A stretch of 64,000 bases of DNA, taken from positions 10,199 through 74,198 of IMG/VR virus record IMGVR_UViG_3300045957_000047. One strand, given 5' to 3'. The notes beneath the pieces were generated by a model. That model saw only the letters and a list, made by a program, of their open reading frames with translations, was not told where the DNA came from and ran no database searches. This stretch comes from a virus. The position numbers and the translations under genes are program-made. This document shows, in pieces, positions 28,200 through 37,525 of the stretch (positions are counted from its first letter, which is position 1; every line of letters begins with the position of its first letter).

Positions 28200-28724
28200 T
28201 TAATCCCAGTCTAAAACATAGACTATCTTATTGTTTCTGGTTTCTTGACGCCAGCCCAACGTGTCGAGGGACTGGTATTTGTCCCGGATCTCCGGGTTTT
28301 CTCCGGCATAATAAGCCACTAACCTCAGTAAACCTCTCTCAGTCAGAGTGTCTTTGAGCCTATTGTTCAACGATCCATGAATCATCAAGCGATAGATCCG
28401 ACGCATGGCCGCAGGGTAATAACTGGAGGATGTCTTGTTGTTGTGATTGGTTATGGCATCAATGTAACTACTGCCGGTAGCCAGTGCCAAGTTGGCCTCT
28501 TTGGTGTGATCAAACAGATCGTTGAAGGGCGTGCAGTGGTGCTGGAAGAACAGCAACCCACAACTGTCGTCAGCTACCTTGGCACAAAAGACTCGAATCC
28601 AGTCAAACTCCTGCTTGTAGTCAATAGTAGTAAAGCCTTGGTCAGTAATCATCGTATTTTCCGCGAGATACCCCGTACTTAGGGAGGGGAGGATGTCAAA
28701 ACTGCTGATATGTTCGAGGATCAC
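28200..28724 (-). CDS. hypothetical protein
   Basis: 174 aa ORF packed in the late operon. Confidence 0.65.
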   Translation of the reverse strand: MILEHISSFDILPSLSTGYLAENTMITDQGFTTIDYKQEFDWIRVFCAKVADDSCGLLFFQHHCTPFNDLFDHTKEANLALATGSSYIDAITNHNNKTSSSYYPAAMRRIYRLMIHGSLNNRLKDTLTERGLLRLVAYYAGENPEIRDKYQSLDTLGWRQETRNNKIVYVLDWD

Positions 28725-29208
28725 TAATCAAATCAGCGACGCTACGGGCATGCTCCCAGCCCTGTGACGTGTTGGCCAGAATAGGTGCAATCTTTTTTAT
28801 AAGAAGTTCAGGTAGCCGGTTCTGTACTTGGTACCCTCGACCCATCAAATGCCAGCTGAAATACTCGGCATGGATGATTTTGGCCAGGTTGTTACTGTAT
28901 GTGGCCTCCCACAAATAGGCATTGCCAAACCCGACAAAGGGCGCTTGCATGGCGGCATAGGCCTCGTCGGTCCATTCAATCGGTTTACGCTCCAAGAGGT
29001 TTTGACACAGCACAGACCAGTGAATTACGGAGATAAAGGTGTTGAAAGCATTGGTTGTCATGTGCTTTGCAAACTCATTCAGACCCAGGTTATTTAGAGC
29101 GGGATTCTGATGAGCTGTATCCTGGCTTGCCGGAGTAGGTGTTTGCAAAGTCTCTTGCAGAGCAGTGTCGTCTCCCGCCATCTGTCTCATGTAATCTGCT
29201 TTCTCCAT
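28696..29208 (-). CDS. hypothetical protein
   Basis: 170 aa, TGATG coupling. Confidence 0.7.
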   Translation of the reverse strand: MEKADYMRQMAGDDTALQETLQTPTPASQDTAHQNPALNNLGLNEFAKHMTTNAFNTFISVIHWSVLCQNLLERKPIEWTDEAYAAMQAPFVGFGNAYLWEATYSNNLAKIIHAEYFSWHLMGRGYQVQNRLPELLIKKIAPILANTSQGWEHARSVADLISDPRTYQQF

Positions 29209-30845
29209 CAGCTGTCCCCTTTAATGTTAGCGTAACCTTGGCCATAGTATAAAGCACACATAGGACTGTCTCCGAAAACCTGTAACTGGTAGCACGGCAG
29301 TAACCTACTTCGGATCTTTACAAATCCCTCTTTGAGCTGTTTACTCTGACTCTCACAACCTTCTTTTAACACCGTGATCCTGTTGCCTGGCTGCACTTCT
29401 TTGTCTACATACTCCACACCCAACGTACTGATCTTGTTCAGCACTGAGTCTCTTTGCTCACCTTGCCTCCAACACATGGTCATGTAAGAATCGGCAGCAT
29501 CAAACTGATAGACACCTCCATGGACTACAAAGAAAAGGTCATCACAATGATCAACAAACCAGCAATTGACCTCAAAAGTTAAACTGGTTACATCTGGAGG
29601 TAACAGACCTGAGTCATCAAATCGATAGTCCCAGACCACAATATCTGAGTAACTGCTGACAAATAACCGGCTACGCCACAGGATCAGTTGACTGACTTGT
29701 CCTAACTGCTGCCAGGTATCATCGTCGAAAGCCGCCGTTGAGATAGTTCGGTAATTACCCTGCCTATCAATAGAGACCAGCCCAGTCTCTGAGGCATACA
29801 GTAGCCCGGATGAGGTGTTGACTACGGCAGTACAGTACTGAGGAGAGGGTATTTCTTTAAGTTCCCGAACAGGTCTTTCACTGCTGTTCTTGCAGTCAAT
29901 GTCGTCATCAAGCAGGTATATCCCACCTTTTGTGAATACAAAGACACTGTTGTCACAGACTGCCACATTCTCCACAGACTCTGGGAAATCGTGGTAAGTC
30001 TTCAGGGGGAATCCCCAAGGTTTGTTACGTTCCGAGAAGGCAATAGAGTTCTCCCAGAACACAACCACCGAACCTTTGAAAGTCTCGCCAGCTACACAGG
30101 CACCCATAGCAGGAGGCAGCAGTTCATCGGTCAGTAATGCATTCTGAGGTTCCTGGCACGGAAGTAGTATGATTTGTCTTTCGCATACGTATCCTCGAAA
30201 CACCAGGAACCATTGCTGCTCTTGTAATAGGGGTGTATACCCTTCCTGTACCTGACCCTGGAAGTCAGTCAGTCCTTGACTGCTGTCCCACAAAGATCGA
30301 GACTCATAGATGTTCACCTCTGTCACACCCCACTTATCTTCCGGTGGGGGAGGTAAGTACAAAGACACTGAGGTCTTCGGGTCTACACACACGGATGCGG
30401 ACACACAACTCGCTGGTCCCTCTTCGCAGTCAGTACCATAAGTAATCCGGTACGTTCTCTGCTCTGTGTCAGGTCCGTAGCTGGGTGTGTAGCCAGGGTC
30501 TACCAGCACCTCAGGAGGCTCAGGTACCGGGTATCCCAGATTCTTCCAGTCACCAGAGGATTCAAGACGCTGAACTCTGCCTTGAGCGTTCGAGCGCAAG
30601 AGACTCTTTGGCAGCTGAGTTTTAAAGAATCGGGTCTGGCTACTCGCATGGCCGTACCACTGACCTTCAAACTGTGTGAACGATCTCGTACTGTCTGGTA
30701 ATTTGTGCTTCAATACAGGCCGATGCCAGGGCTCAAAACGACCACTGGCTAAATTCATATTGACTGCTTCGGCAGCAAACTCTATGGGCAGATTACACGA
30801 TTTTGACCGAGGGACCCTACCACGAGGGCGACGAATGGCTACCAC
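29208..30845 (-). CDS. tail nozzle / DNA stabilisation protein
   Basis: AVNMNLASGRFEPW, YRITY...EEGPAS, IAFSE..PWGFP, LLYASETGLV beta-propeller-like motifs; position after the adaptors. Confidence 0.75.
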   Translation of the reverse strand: MVAIRRPRGRVPRSKSCNLPIEFAAEAVNMNLASGRFEPWHRPVLKHKLPDSTRSFTQFEGQWYGHASSQTRFFKTQLPKSLLRSNAQGRVQRLESSGDWKNLGYPVPEPPEVLVDPGYTPSYGPDTEQRTYRITYGTDCEEGPASCVSASVCVDPKTSVSLYLPPPPEDKWGVTEVNIYESRSLWDSSQGLTDFQGQVQEGYTPLLQEQQWFLVFRGYVCERQIILLPCQEPQNALLTDELLPPAMGACVAGETFKGSVVVFWENSIAFSERNKPWGFPLKTYHDFPESVENVAVCDNSVFVFTKGGIYLLDDDIDCKNSSERPVRELKEIPSPQYCTAVVNTSSGLLYASETGLVSIDRQGNYRTISTAAFDDDTWQQLGQVSQLILWRSRLFVSSYSDIVVWDYRFDDSGLLPPDVTSLTFEVNCWFVDHCDDLFFVVHGGVYQFDAADSYMTMCWRQGEQRDSVLNKISTLGVEYVDKEVQPGNRITVLKEGCESQSKQLKEGFVKIRSRLLPCYQLQVFGDSPMCALYYGQGYANIKGDS

Positions 30846-31411
30846 TCGAAAGGCCCTTTATCAGTTTTGATCTCGGAGCTACGAGTCATGGAACGTTCGG
30901 TAATCTCAACAATGTGACCGTCCCTTACAACGACACTGTCCACTTCATAGCGCCCATCTGGAATATAGCCTTTACCGAGAGTTCTCTGGATGGCTACCCC
31001 ATCAGTAAATTCGATCAAACAATTGCCTGATTTAAGGGTACCAGTGAACGTCTGCGTAGGACAGGTCTCTTCCTCTGGATCTACAGGCTTATCTGAGCTG
31101 CATGATTGGATCGCTTTCTTAGTCCAGCCCCACCGGATATCAGTACCACAGACCCAGTGAGTGGGGATCGTGTTCTCAATCCCTCTTTCAAGAAGCAGGT
31201 AGCCCCCTTTTTGATAGACTTTGACCACCTCAAAGCAAGTACCGTCAGTCAAGGTCAGATACGTGTACCCGGTGTCAGACAGCAGGTGACACAGTTTAGT
31301 GCCTACCTGATGGGGAATAGCGAGCTGACAACTGTCTATTGCCAAGTCTTCGGTCAGAAAAGAACACCAACCGTAGAGGGGGGTGTACTCAGTTGCATGG
31401 GCCATGGTCAT
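30839..31411 (-). CDS. virion structural protein (tail-associated)
   Basis: YLTLTDGTCFEVVKV...ERGIENT..W..G motif common in phage tail proteins. Confidence 0.7.
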   Translation of the reverse strand: MTMAHATEYTPLYGWCSFLTEDLAIDSCQLAIPHQVGTKLCHLLSDTGYTYLTLTDGTCFEVVKVYQKGGYLLLERGIENTIPTHWVCGTDIRWGWTKKAIQSCSSDKPVDPEEETCPTQTFTGTLKSGNCLIEFTDGVAIQRTLGKGYIPDGRYEVDSVVVRDGHIVEITERSMTRSSEIKTDKGPFEW

Positions 31412-31736
31412 AGGAGTCCTGTTTCACTGTTGCTTGAGCGATGATACATGGCTGACTGTCTAGCATCACCTCATGCCGACACAGCTCATTGCATTGCTCG
31501 TCGGTGAGCACCACTTCATAGCGGCCAGGACCACACTCGGCTATCTCAGGAGGCAACAATACTGTCAGATGTAGCGAATTACGCGCTGTCTGAGATAGGC
31601 CACACAGTCGCTCTTCACAATTGAGTTGATGCCAGTCAGATCGGACTTCTACGCTGGGATGGATAGGATGACAGAACTCCAGAGTCAGCCTGGCAGGTAG
31701 TTCCGTGATGACGGTATGGCAAGTCTCCAATCTCAA
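31389..31736 (-). CDS. Cys-rich virion protein
   Basis: 115 aa, 9 Cys, GRYEV. Confidence 0.7.
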   Translation of the reverse strand: MRLETCHTVITELPARLTLEFCHPIHPSVEVRSDWHQLNCEERLCGLSQTARNSLHLTVLLPPEIAECGPGRYEVVLTDEQCNELCRHEVMLDSQPCIIAQATVKQDSYDHGPCN

Positions 31737-32380
31737 AATAGACTCCCGGTACAGCGCCCTTTCTTTCTGCCTAACAGAAGCTCAGGCTCTATTCGGTTGT
31801 CTTTGGGATCTACATCAAAGCCATTGCCTATCAGTACCTTGGCAGAAGCCATGCCTCCTTGGAACTGGTTTTCATAGAACTCACCCAATTGTAAGTTGGT
31901 CCAAGGTTTGCCTCCCATCAATAGAAGTTGCGCCATGACGCCATGCCGGAATTCTGTCTCAAACCGTTCCACCAATTCACAGGGATACTCACAAGCCTCA
32001 GAAGTCATTCGCAAAGTGACCTCAACTTCCAAGCTATCTTCATTACACGGGTAATACCCATGCAGTCGAATCGTGTGTAACCCCTCTACTTCATACCCTT
32101 GAGGGCAAGGGTGGCATTTATCCTTGACCTGTTGAAGGCAACACTGGTTGTACCTGACGTTGTGAACATACTGAGTGGTAAAACCTTTTGGCATGAATCG
32201 CTTAAAGGGATAGTGGTGGACTTTCTCTTGAGTCGGTATGGATATCCAGACCCGGTAAGGCTGGGCGCAGCTGAACTCTTGCACCACGCGGGTCAAAGCT
32301 CGTCGAATCAATATCGTGGGAATATTGTCATACTCTGCAGCGATATCGGTAATGATCCACGTTGCATCACACAGTCTCAA
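31733..32380 (-). CDS. head-tail adaptor-like protein
   Basis: VQEFS...GVMAQLLLMGGKPWTN...YENQF; 10 Cys. Confidence 0.7.
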   Translation of the reverse strand: MRLCDATWIITDIAAEYDNIPTILIRRALTRVVQEFSCAQPYRVWISIPTQEKVHHYPFKRFMPKGFTTQYVHNVRYNQCCLQQVKDKCHPCPQGYEVEGLHTIRLHGYYPCNEDSLEVEVTLRMTSEACEYPCELVERFETEFRHGVMAQLLLMGGKPWTNLQLGEFYENQFQGGMASAKVLIGNGFDVDPKDNRIEPELLLGRKKGRCTGSLF

Positions 32381-33048
32381 GAGGTCTGCTCCTGTCGTCG
32401 GGCAACAGGGGCCAAGTCAAAGAAGGAAGATCGGTGTCGGTCAGCTGTTGTTTGAGTGACCCCATTCACGGTGTCCATACTCTGAGCCTGGTACATCACA
32501 TATTCGATGACTGTGTTCACCCACTTCAGAACTTCGCAGTCCAGCTCTTTGGTAGGGTCATCAAAGAAACGTTTCATGTTGGAGCAGTTGATCATGAGAT
32601 GGACCTCTTTGCCTACATTGACCAAAGGTGTCAGTAGTAACCGTTGGGAATCCCCTGGCAGCATGGCGTAGTGGTATAGACCCGAACCACTACAGTCATT
32701 AATCAACGAGTTGTACAAGAAGCTTGCTTTGAGCGAAGCATAATCTGATTCAAAGACGGGCAGTGGCTTACCGTCAACAGAGACACTGAGAACTTCTAAT
32801 AGCCTCTCACACTCTGGGGGTAAGGTGTAAGCCATACCATCCCAAGTTAAAGACACCTCGGTCACATGGCCAAACAGACTAGGTCGTCTGCCCTGTAGCC
32901 ACTTAAAGGTATCGAATAGTCGAGCAGTAATCCATTTCAGAGGGTACTGGGAATAAGGATCTAACGGATCGTCATCCCCCAACTGGAATGCAATACGTTC
33001 AGCAATCCCTTGGATGCTGTTGGCATACTCGTGCTCTTCGATACCCAT
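32377..33048 (-). CDS. head-tail adaptor-like protein
   Basis: QLGDDDP...RPSLF...LPPECERLLEV...YVMYQAQSMD. Confidence 0.7.
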   Translation of the reverse strand: MGIEEHEYANSIQGIAERIAFQLGDDDPLDPYSQYPLKWITARLFDTFKWLQGRRPSLFGHVTEVSLTWDGMAYTLPPECERLLEVLSVSVDGKPLPVFESDYASLKASFLYNSLINDCSGSGLYHYAMLPGDSQRLLLTPLVNVGKEVHLMINCSNMKRFFDDPTKELDCEVLKWVNTVIEYVMYQAQSMDTVNGVTQTTADRHRSSFFDLAPVARRQEQTS

Positions 33049-33095
33049 TAACCATTACTCAGAAGCCAGGAGGTCTAGCGATTGCCCTAACCAAA

Positions 33096-33680
33096 TTATT
33101 CTCCTACTACCAAGTCATCAGGACTGGTACGAGCACCTTGAAGCTCCAGAACCTGTGCTCGAAGGGCAAGAAGCTCAGTTTTGTATTCATCAAGCTGTGC
33201 CTGGTACTGGCCAGGTACCTCTCCTTCAAGATCGGGATTACGTGGATTGTCTCCAGCCCCTCCTACCCCATCAAAGTTATGAGGTCCCCCAGAGTGAGTA
33301 TCTCGGGCATAAGCGGGTGGCTTGTAATCGAACGGTGGAGGCTGAGCTGCTGGATGATCATCAAACAGAGCACGTTTCTCCCCTTGACTGTTGCCAATAA
33401 AGTACTCAGGAGGCACAGGCGCATCAGGAGCATGTTGCCATATAGGCATGTTGTCCTTGTCCAGAGCCACACACACTTCTCGGACAATGCCTTCTGGAAT
33501 GTACCAAGAAGTAAACAAAAACTCTGGCAGCACTACCTTTACGCCATCCTCTTCCGTCTGAGTGTATCGAAAACGACCGACCCAATACTCCGTCAGTTGC
33601 TCTCGAATACGGCTTTTCTCTATGGCAGTGAGTTTCTTACCTCGCTGTCGGGCTTCAATCTTTTCGTTAAAGGCACTCAT
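33096..33680 (-). CDS. hypothetical late protein
   Basis: GGGGAG RBS before the ATG at 33680; C-terminal coiled coil. Confidence 0.75.
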   Translation of the reverse strand: MSAFNEKIEARQRGKKLTAIEKSRIREQLTEYWVGRFRYTQTEEDGVKVVLPEFLFTSWYIPEGIVREVCVALDKDNMPIWQHAPDAPVPPEYFIGNSQGEKRALFDDHPAAQPPPFDYKPPAYARDTHSGGPHNFDGVGGAGDNPRNPDLEGEVPGQYQAQLDEYKTELLALRAQVLELQGARTSPDDLVVGE

Positions 33681-33703
33681 AGTCAATCTCCCCGAATGTT
33701 AAA

Positions 33704-34450
33704 TTACTTGCCTGTCTTGACAGTCATGGTATTGACTGTAGCCGTCAGCACAAAATTATCCAATCGACCTGAAGCCGGGCGACAATCTTCCGCAGGGATA
33801 TCATCAGGCATGGCTTCAATCTCAAACAGGATAACATCATAGCCATCACACAGGCTACTGAACTGAAGATCGGGGTCAATGTCTTTGATGTCTACACACT
33901 GCATCTTCTCAGTAGTTTGGCCAAAGTCAATACTGCCCGTCAGATCTGTGTTGGCTGCCATCAATTTGAACTTACCCATAACCCCAGGAGTCGGTTTGGT
34001 TACTGACCAGACGAAGTCAGTAAACTTCTCTTTGGCTGGCACCAAGTGCGTGGCAATACAGTCGCCCACCTTTAACTTGGGTCGCATCGTCTTGCAGTAG
34101 TAGTAATTCAGTCCTACTTGGTTTGGGTGACCCTGGATGTCTTCAATGAACACCGGACAGTTCTTGTCTTCAGGAAGGCAAGATCGAGGGCGCTCGGTCA
34201 GACATAGAGGTCGACAGTACACAATGTCCTTTGGATCTCTAAAGTCCAAGATACGTTCATTGGCAAAAACGCCGTGTCCTCGGTGTCCTGTAGTAGGACC
34301 GTTCCAAGGCACTCCTTCTTCCACATTGTAACCATATGATTCCGCAGCTGATGGTGGGATCATGGGGTGGGAAGGCCACTGACATAGGCCTTGGTCATCG
34401 TTGACTACTGGCATGCCGCCCAACTGCAACCAGTAAATAGTTCCGCTCAT
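33704..34450 (-). CDS. putative capsid decoration / minor capsid protein
   Basis: Directly after the major capsid gene; GAGG RBS; 10 Cys. Confidence 0.65.
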   Translation of the reverse strand: MSGTIYWLQLGGMPVVNDDQGLCQWPSHPMIPPSAAESYGYNVEEGVPWNGPTTGHRGHGVFANERILDFRDPKDIVYCRPLCLTERPRSCLPEDKNCPVFIEDIQGHPNQVGLNYYYCKTMRPKLKVGDCIATHLVPAKEKFTDFVWSVTKPTPGVMGKFKLMAANTDLTGSIDFGQTTEKMQCVDIKDIDPDLQFSSLCDGYDVILFEIEAMPDDIPAEDCRPASGRLDNFVLTATVNTMTVKTGK

Positions 34451-34471
34451 TTTGTGTTCCTCTGTTACTGG

Positions 34472-35488
34472 TTATTTAAGGGAAGTGCTTACGAAAGTCA
34501 CCCAAGCCAAACCGAGACCTTGACGAGTAATGACCGACTGTCCATAAACAAAAAGACCTTGCATAAAAGACGCGAAATAATCTGGATGATCATTAACTTC
34601 CCGACTTTTATCCAGCGTCACTACAGCTCCAGTAGCGTCTTTGCGACCAAAGATAATGGGGTAGACAATCTCACCAGTAGGCAACTCGTGAGCAAATTCA
34701 TCAAGCATTGAACTGGTCCACATATCGAAGTTGCCTAGATCCAATCGAATACTGCCGTCTTCCAAAGCAGAACGCTCCACTGCCGGGCAACATCCTTTTG
34801 CTTGTGATTCTTGCCACACTTCCCAATAACAATCAGGAACCAACATGAATGGATCAGTTCCTGGGTTATTGCTGGTTTGCCCCCGACGTTGAGCCACTAC
34901 AGACGCTGAAGTCAGAACACCATGAGCATGCTGATTGAATTTGGCTATACGGTCACAATCAATACGCAGAGGATCATCACACTCCCCCAGGCAGTATTTC
35001 TTTTTCTTGTGTCCTGCACAGTTACCTCGATTCTTGGGGTGTGCTCCCAAAATCATTTCACGGATAGTAGCAGCTGTCAGTATATCGGCTTTCTGACGCA
35101 TGAGATCTGCCATGACCTCATTGAAGATATCTCGACTGTCACACATCATCTGCATGTCAACATCGTCAATCTTCATGTTGTAATACTTAGCATGCCCGAT
35201 GGTGACTTCGTTCTTGGACCATTCTGGAAAATCATTCTCCAGCCGCATGTTGATGTAGTAATCTCGGATGACTCCGTGCGGCTGGGTACGCCATTCAATA
35301 GTCTGACCACACCGGCGTAGAGGTTCTAACGTCTGATTTGTCGCCAGCTGAGAGATATCCGTGATGTTGTAAAACTCATCCTCAAACTGTTCCCGGAACA
35401 GTTTTTCCATCGGATATTGGTTATGACCCGCCGCCGTAGGGACACCCCGAGGCTTTGAGTCGTAGTTTAAATCATTTCGTCCTGCCAT
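34472..35488 (-). CDS. major capsid protein (HK97 fold, P22-coat-like)
   Basis: GQTIEWRTQP, TIGHAKYYNMKIDDVD, IIFGRKDA...GLFVYGQSV; follows the scaffold. Confidence 0.85.
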   Translation of the reverse strand: MAGRNDLNYDSKPRGVPTAAGHNQYPMEKLFREQFEDEFYNITDISQLATNQTLEPLRRCGQTIEWRTQPHGVIRDYYINMRLENDFPEWSKNEVTIGHAKYYNMKIDDVDMQMMCDSRDIFNEVMADLMRQKADILTAATIREMILGAHPKNRGNCAGHKKKKYCLGECDDPLRIDCDRIAKFNQHAHGVLTSASVVAQRRGQTSNNPGTDPFMLVPDCYWEVWQESQAKGCCPAVERSALEDGSIRLDLGNFDMWTSSMLDEFAHELPTGEIVYPIIFGRKDATGAVVTLDKSREVNDHPDYFASFMQGLFVYGQSVITRQGLGLAWVTFVSTSLK

Positions 35489-35509
35489 CAGGGTAAAATC
35501 CTATGGTGG

Positions 35510-36547
35510 TTATGCGCCCGCTTGGGCTTGTAGAAGGTTGATCTTGGTTTGAATTTCCGCTTGATACTTACGGTACTCAGGTCGAGTCATCGTCTGACCG
35601 TTAGCCTTTTTTGGGAAGTATCCTTGATTAGCGTTGGACATATTCTCACGGTACTTCTCTGTCCAGGCACGAGCCTCTGCCAACTTGGATTGTGCCTCTG
35701 AACTAAGATCTTGTGCTTGAGGCATACTGCCGGTTGGCACAACAGAGGTATCCGACTGAGACTGCTGGCCTAAATCAGTGTGCTGGTCACGAAAGTCTTG
35801 GAGCATACCAATAGCTGACTGAAAGTCTGCTGGTGTTTTTCCTTTAACGTGTGCTGTCAACTGGTCTCCCCAAGCAATCGTACTGCCAGGATAGAGAGGC
35901 TGATTGTACCGCTGTTTAAATGCAGGCATATCCACCAGTTTAGCCATAGAGCCTAAGCCCATCTGGGACATCCGATTTAGAAGCTCAGTATCGAAACTGG
36001 CACGCTGTTGCTGTTGCTGGGATTCCAGGATTGCTTGGGTTTGCTGGAGCTGTTGCTGAAGAGGGCCTGTAGCTTCTTGCTGCCACTTTACCTTCTCTTG
36101 CTCCAGACGCTCTTGGAACATACGCTCCATATCACTCTGAGTTTTAGCAACGGCTTTATTGATAATAGGCAGTACGTCACCATGCTGCTCGATCTCATCA
36201 TCTGTGAAGGCAAACTGAGTATCTACCTGTGCTTGACGTTGTGCCTGAGCCTGTGCCTGTTGCATGGCATCAAGTTGTCCAGACAGATGAGAAAAGTTAT
36301 TCTGAACTTGATTCAACTGATTAGTAGTCTGACCCAGCTGGGCTTGAAGAGCAGCATTCTGTTGCTCCATTTTCTGTAGTTGATAATTTTCTTCAACACT
36401 ACGTTCCCGGATATCCTGCTCTTGAAAATCAGACAAAATGTCCGTAGGTGGTTGTGTGCCGTCATCCAAGTATTTCTGCTCTTGTGCAGTCAAACCCAGA
36501 TTTCGAACATTAACAGGTGGAATGGATGGATCTGTAAGAACGCTCAT
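35510..36547 (-). CDS. capsid scaffolding protein
   Basis: Gln-rich coiled coil, no Cys, immediately upstream of the capsid gene. Confidence 0.75.
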   Translation of the reverse strand: MSVLTDPSIPPVNVRNLGLTAQEQKYLDDGTQPPTDILSDFQEQDIRERSVEENYQLQKMEQQNAALQAQLGQTTNQLNQVQNNFSHLSGQLDAMQQAQAQAQRQAQVDTQFAFTDDEIEQHGDVLPIINKAVAKTQSDMERMFQERLEQEKVKWQQEATGPLQQQLQQTQAILESQQQQQRASFDTELLNRMSQMGLGSMAKLVDMPAFKQRYNQPLYPGSTIAWGDQLTAHVKGKTPADFQSAIGMLQDFRDQHTDLGQQSQSDTSVVPTGSMPQAQDLSSEAQSKLAEARAWTEKYRENMSNANQGYFPKKANGQTMTRPEYRKYQAEIQTKINLLQAQAGA

Positions 36548-36572
36548 GATATTTCAATCTCCCCGATTGTAT

Positions 36573-36734
36573 TTAGCGAACGCGATTCTGACGGCATTTG
36601 GCACAGCCTCGATTACCATTGTTCGAAAGAACACGACGTTGAGTAGGCTGCCGAACAGGAGGCTTGGTTTTACTGTGATCAACAACACGAGAAACACCTG
36701 AGATCACAGTGTGGTTTGGATTTTCTGTTGTCAT
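36573..36734 (-). CDS. small basic protein with CxxC (53 aa, not in the ORF track)
   Basis: MTTENPNHTV...NRGCAKCRQNRVR*. Confidence 0.55.
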   Translation of the reverse strand: MTTENPNHTVISGVSRVVDHSKTKPPVRQPTQRRVLSNNGNRGCAKCRQNRVR

Positions 36735-36744
36735 AATAAGACCT

Positions 36745-36773
36745 TAGATACGTGAAACTGGTTACATTGTCAA
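36745..36773 (-). promoter_or_regulatory. possible sigma70 promoter for the capsid operon
   Basis: TTGACA, 17 nt spacer, TATCTA (imperfect -10). Confidence 0.35.
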
Positions 36774-36774
36774 G

Positions 36775-37524
36775 TCAGAATATTCTTCCGACTTTAAATC
36801 CCAACACATTATCTTCATGAAAATGTACCCCCAAAAAGGTACGGCCTTGTGCAAAACACCAGCATGCATGTAGCACTTCCTGGTACAAATCAGGACTCAG
36901 GTCGAAGTGATCTTTGACAACATTGGCAGTCACTCCAGATACTGCTCCATGGCCAGCACCATAAGACCAGTGCCCCGGTGCCGGGTACCCATTCACGGTA
37001 AAGATAGTGCCGTGAACTTGGAAGAAATCTTCAGGCCTGGGCTGTTTCCAATAATACTTGATATCAAACATCCGATCCAAAGCTTCAGGCCATCGTCTAT
37101 TCAGGTCTCCCATAAAGGCAGCCATCGAGCCATCTTTATCGCAAAACTGAATCGTTCCCGGTTTGTCTACCTTGTAAGGGACATTCAAGCGGCGCAGCTC
37201 ATCGTGTAAGAACTCCCCTAGATGCCAGGGTTTGTCCATGCTTACAGCCTGAGCCAAGGCAACAGGTCTTGGGTTTTTATTGGTACCCAACCGAAGCTTC
37301 TGGGCCAACAGTCGAGGTACTTGACCTTCAAGCTCAGACGGGTTTTGTTTGCTCAGAAAATCACCCGACCACTCACCTGCCTGAGTACGGGCAACAGTCT
37401 GCTCTACTTCTCGCAACGAATCTGCGAACTCAGGAGTCCCCGGAATTAGAGGTGCTGGCGTATTCCAACGCTTGCCTTCCCTTGGAGAGACAACATCACG
37501 AGGTGTTTGAATAAAAGCTTCCAT
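36775..37524 (-). CDS. vanadium-dependent haloperoxidase-like / PAP2 superfamily enzyme
   Basis: KYYWKQPRP (Kx6RP), PGHWSYGAGH, GRTFLGVHFHED; N-terminal PAP..GTPEFADSLREV. Confidence 0.8.
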   Translation of the reverse strand: MEAFIQTPRDVVSPREGKRWNTPAPLIPGTPEFADSLREVEQTVARTQAGEWSGDFLSKQNPSELEGQVPRLLAQKLRLGTNKNPRPVALAQAVSMDKPWHLGEFLHDELRRLNVPYKVDKPGTIQFCDKDGSMAAFMGDLNRRWPEALDRMFDIKYYWKQPRPEDFFQVHGTIFTVNGYPAPGHWSYGAGHGAVSGVTANVVKDHFDLSPDLYQEVLHACWCFAQGRTFLGVHFHEDNVLGFKVGRIF

Positions 37525-37525
37525 A

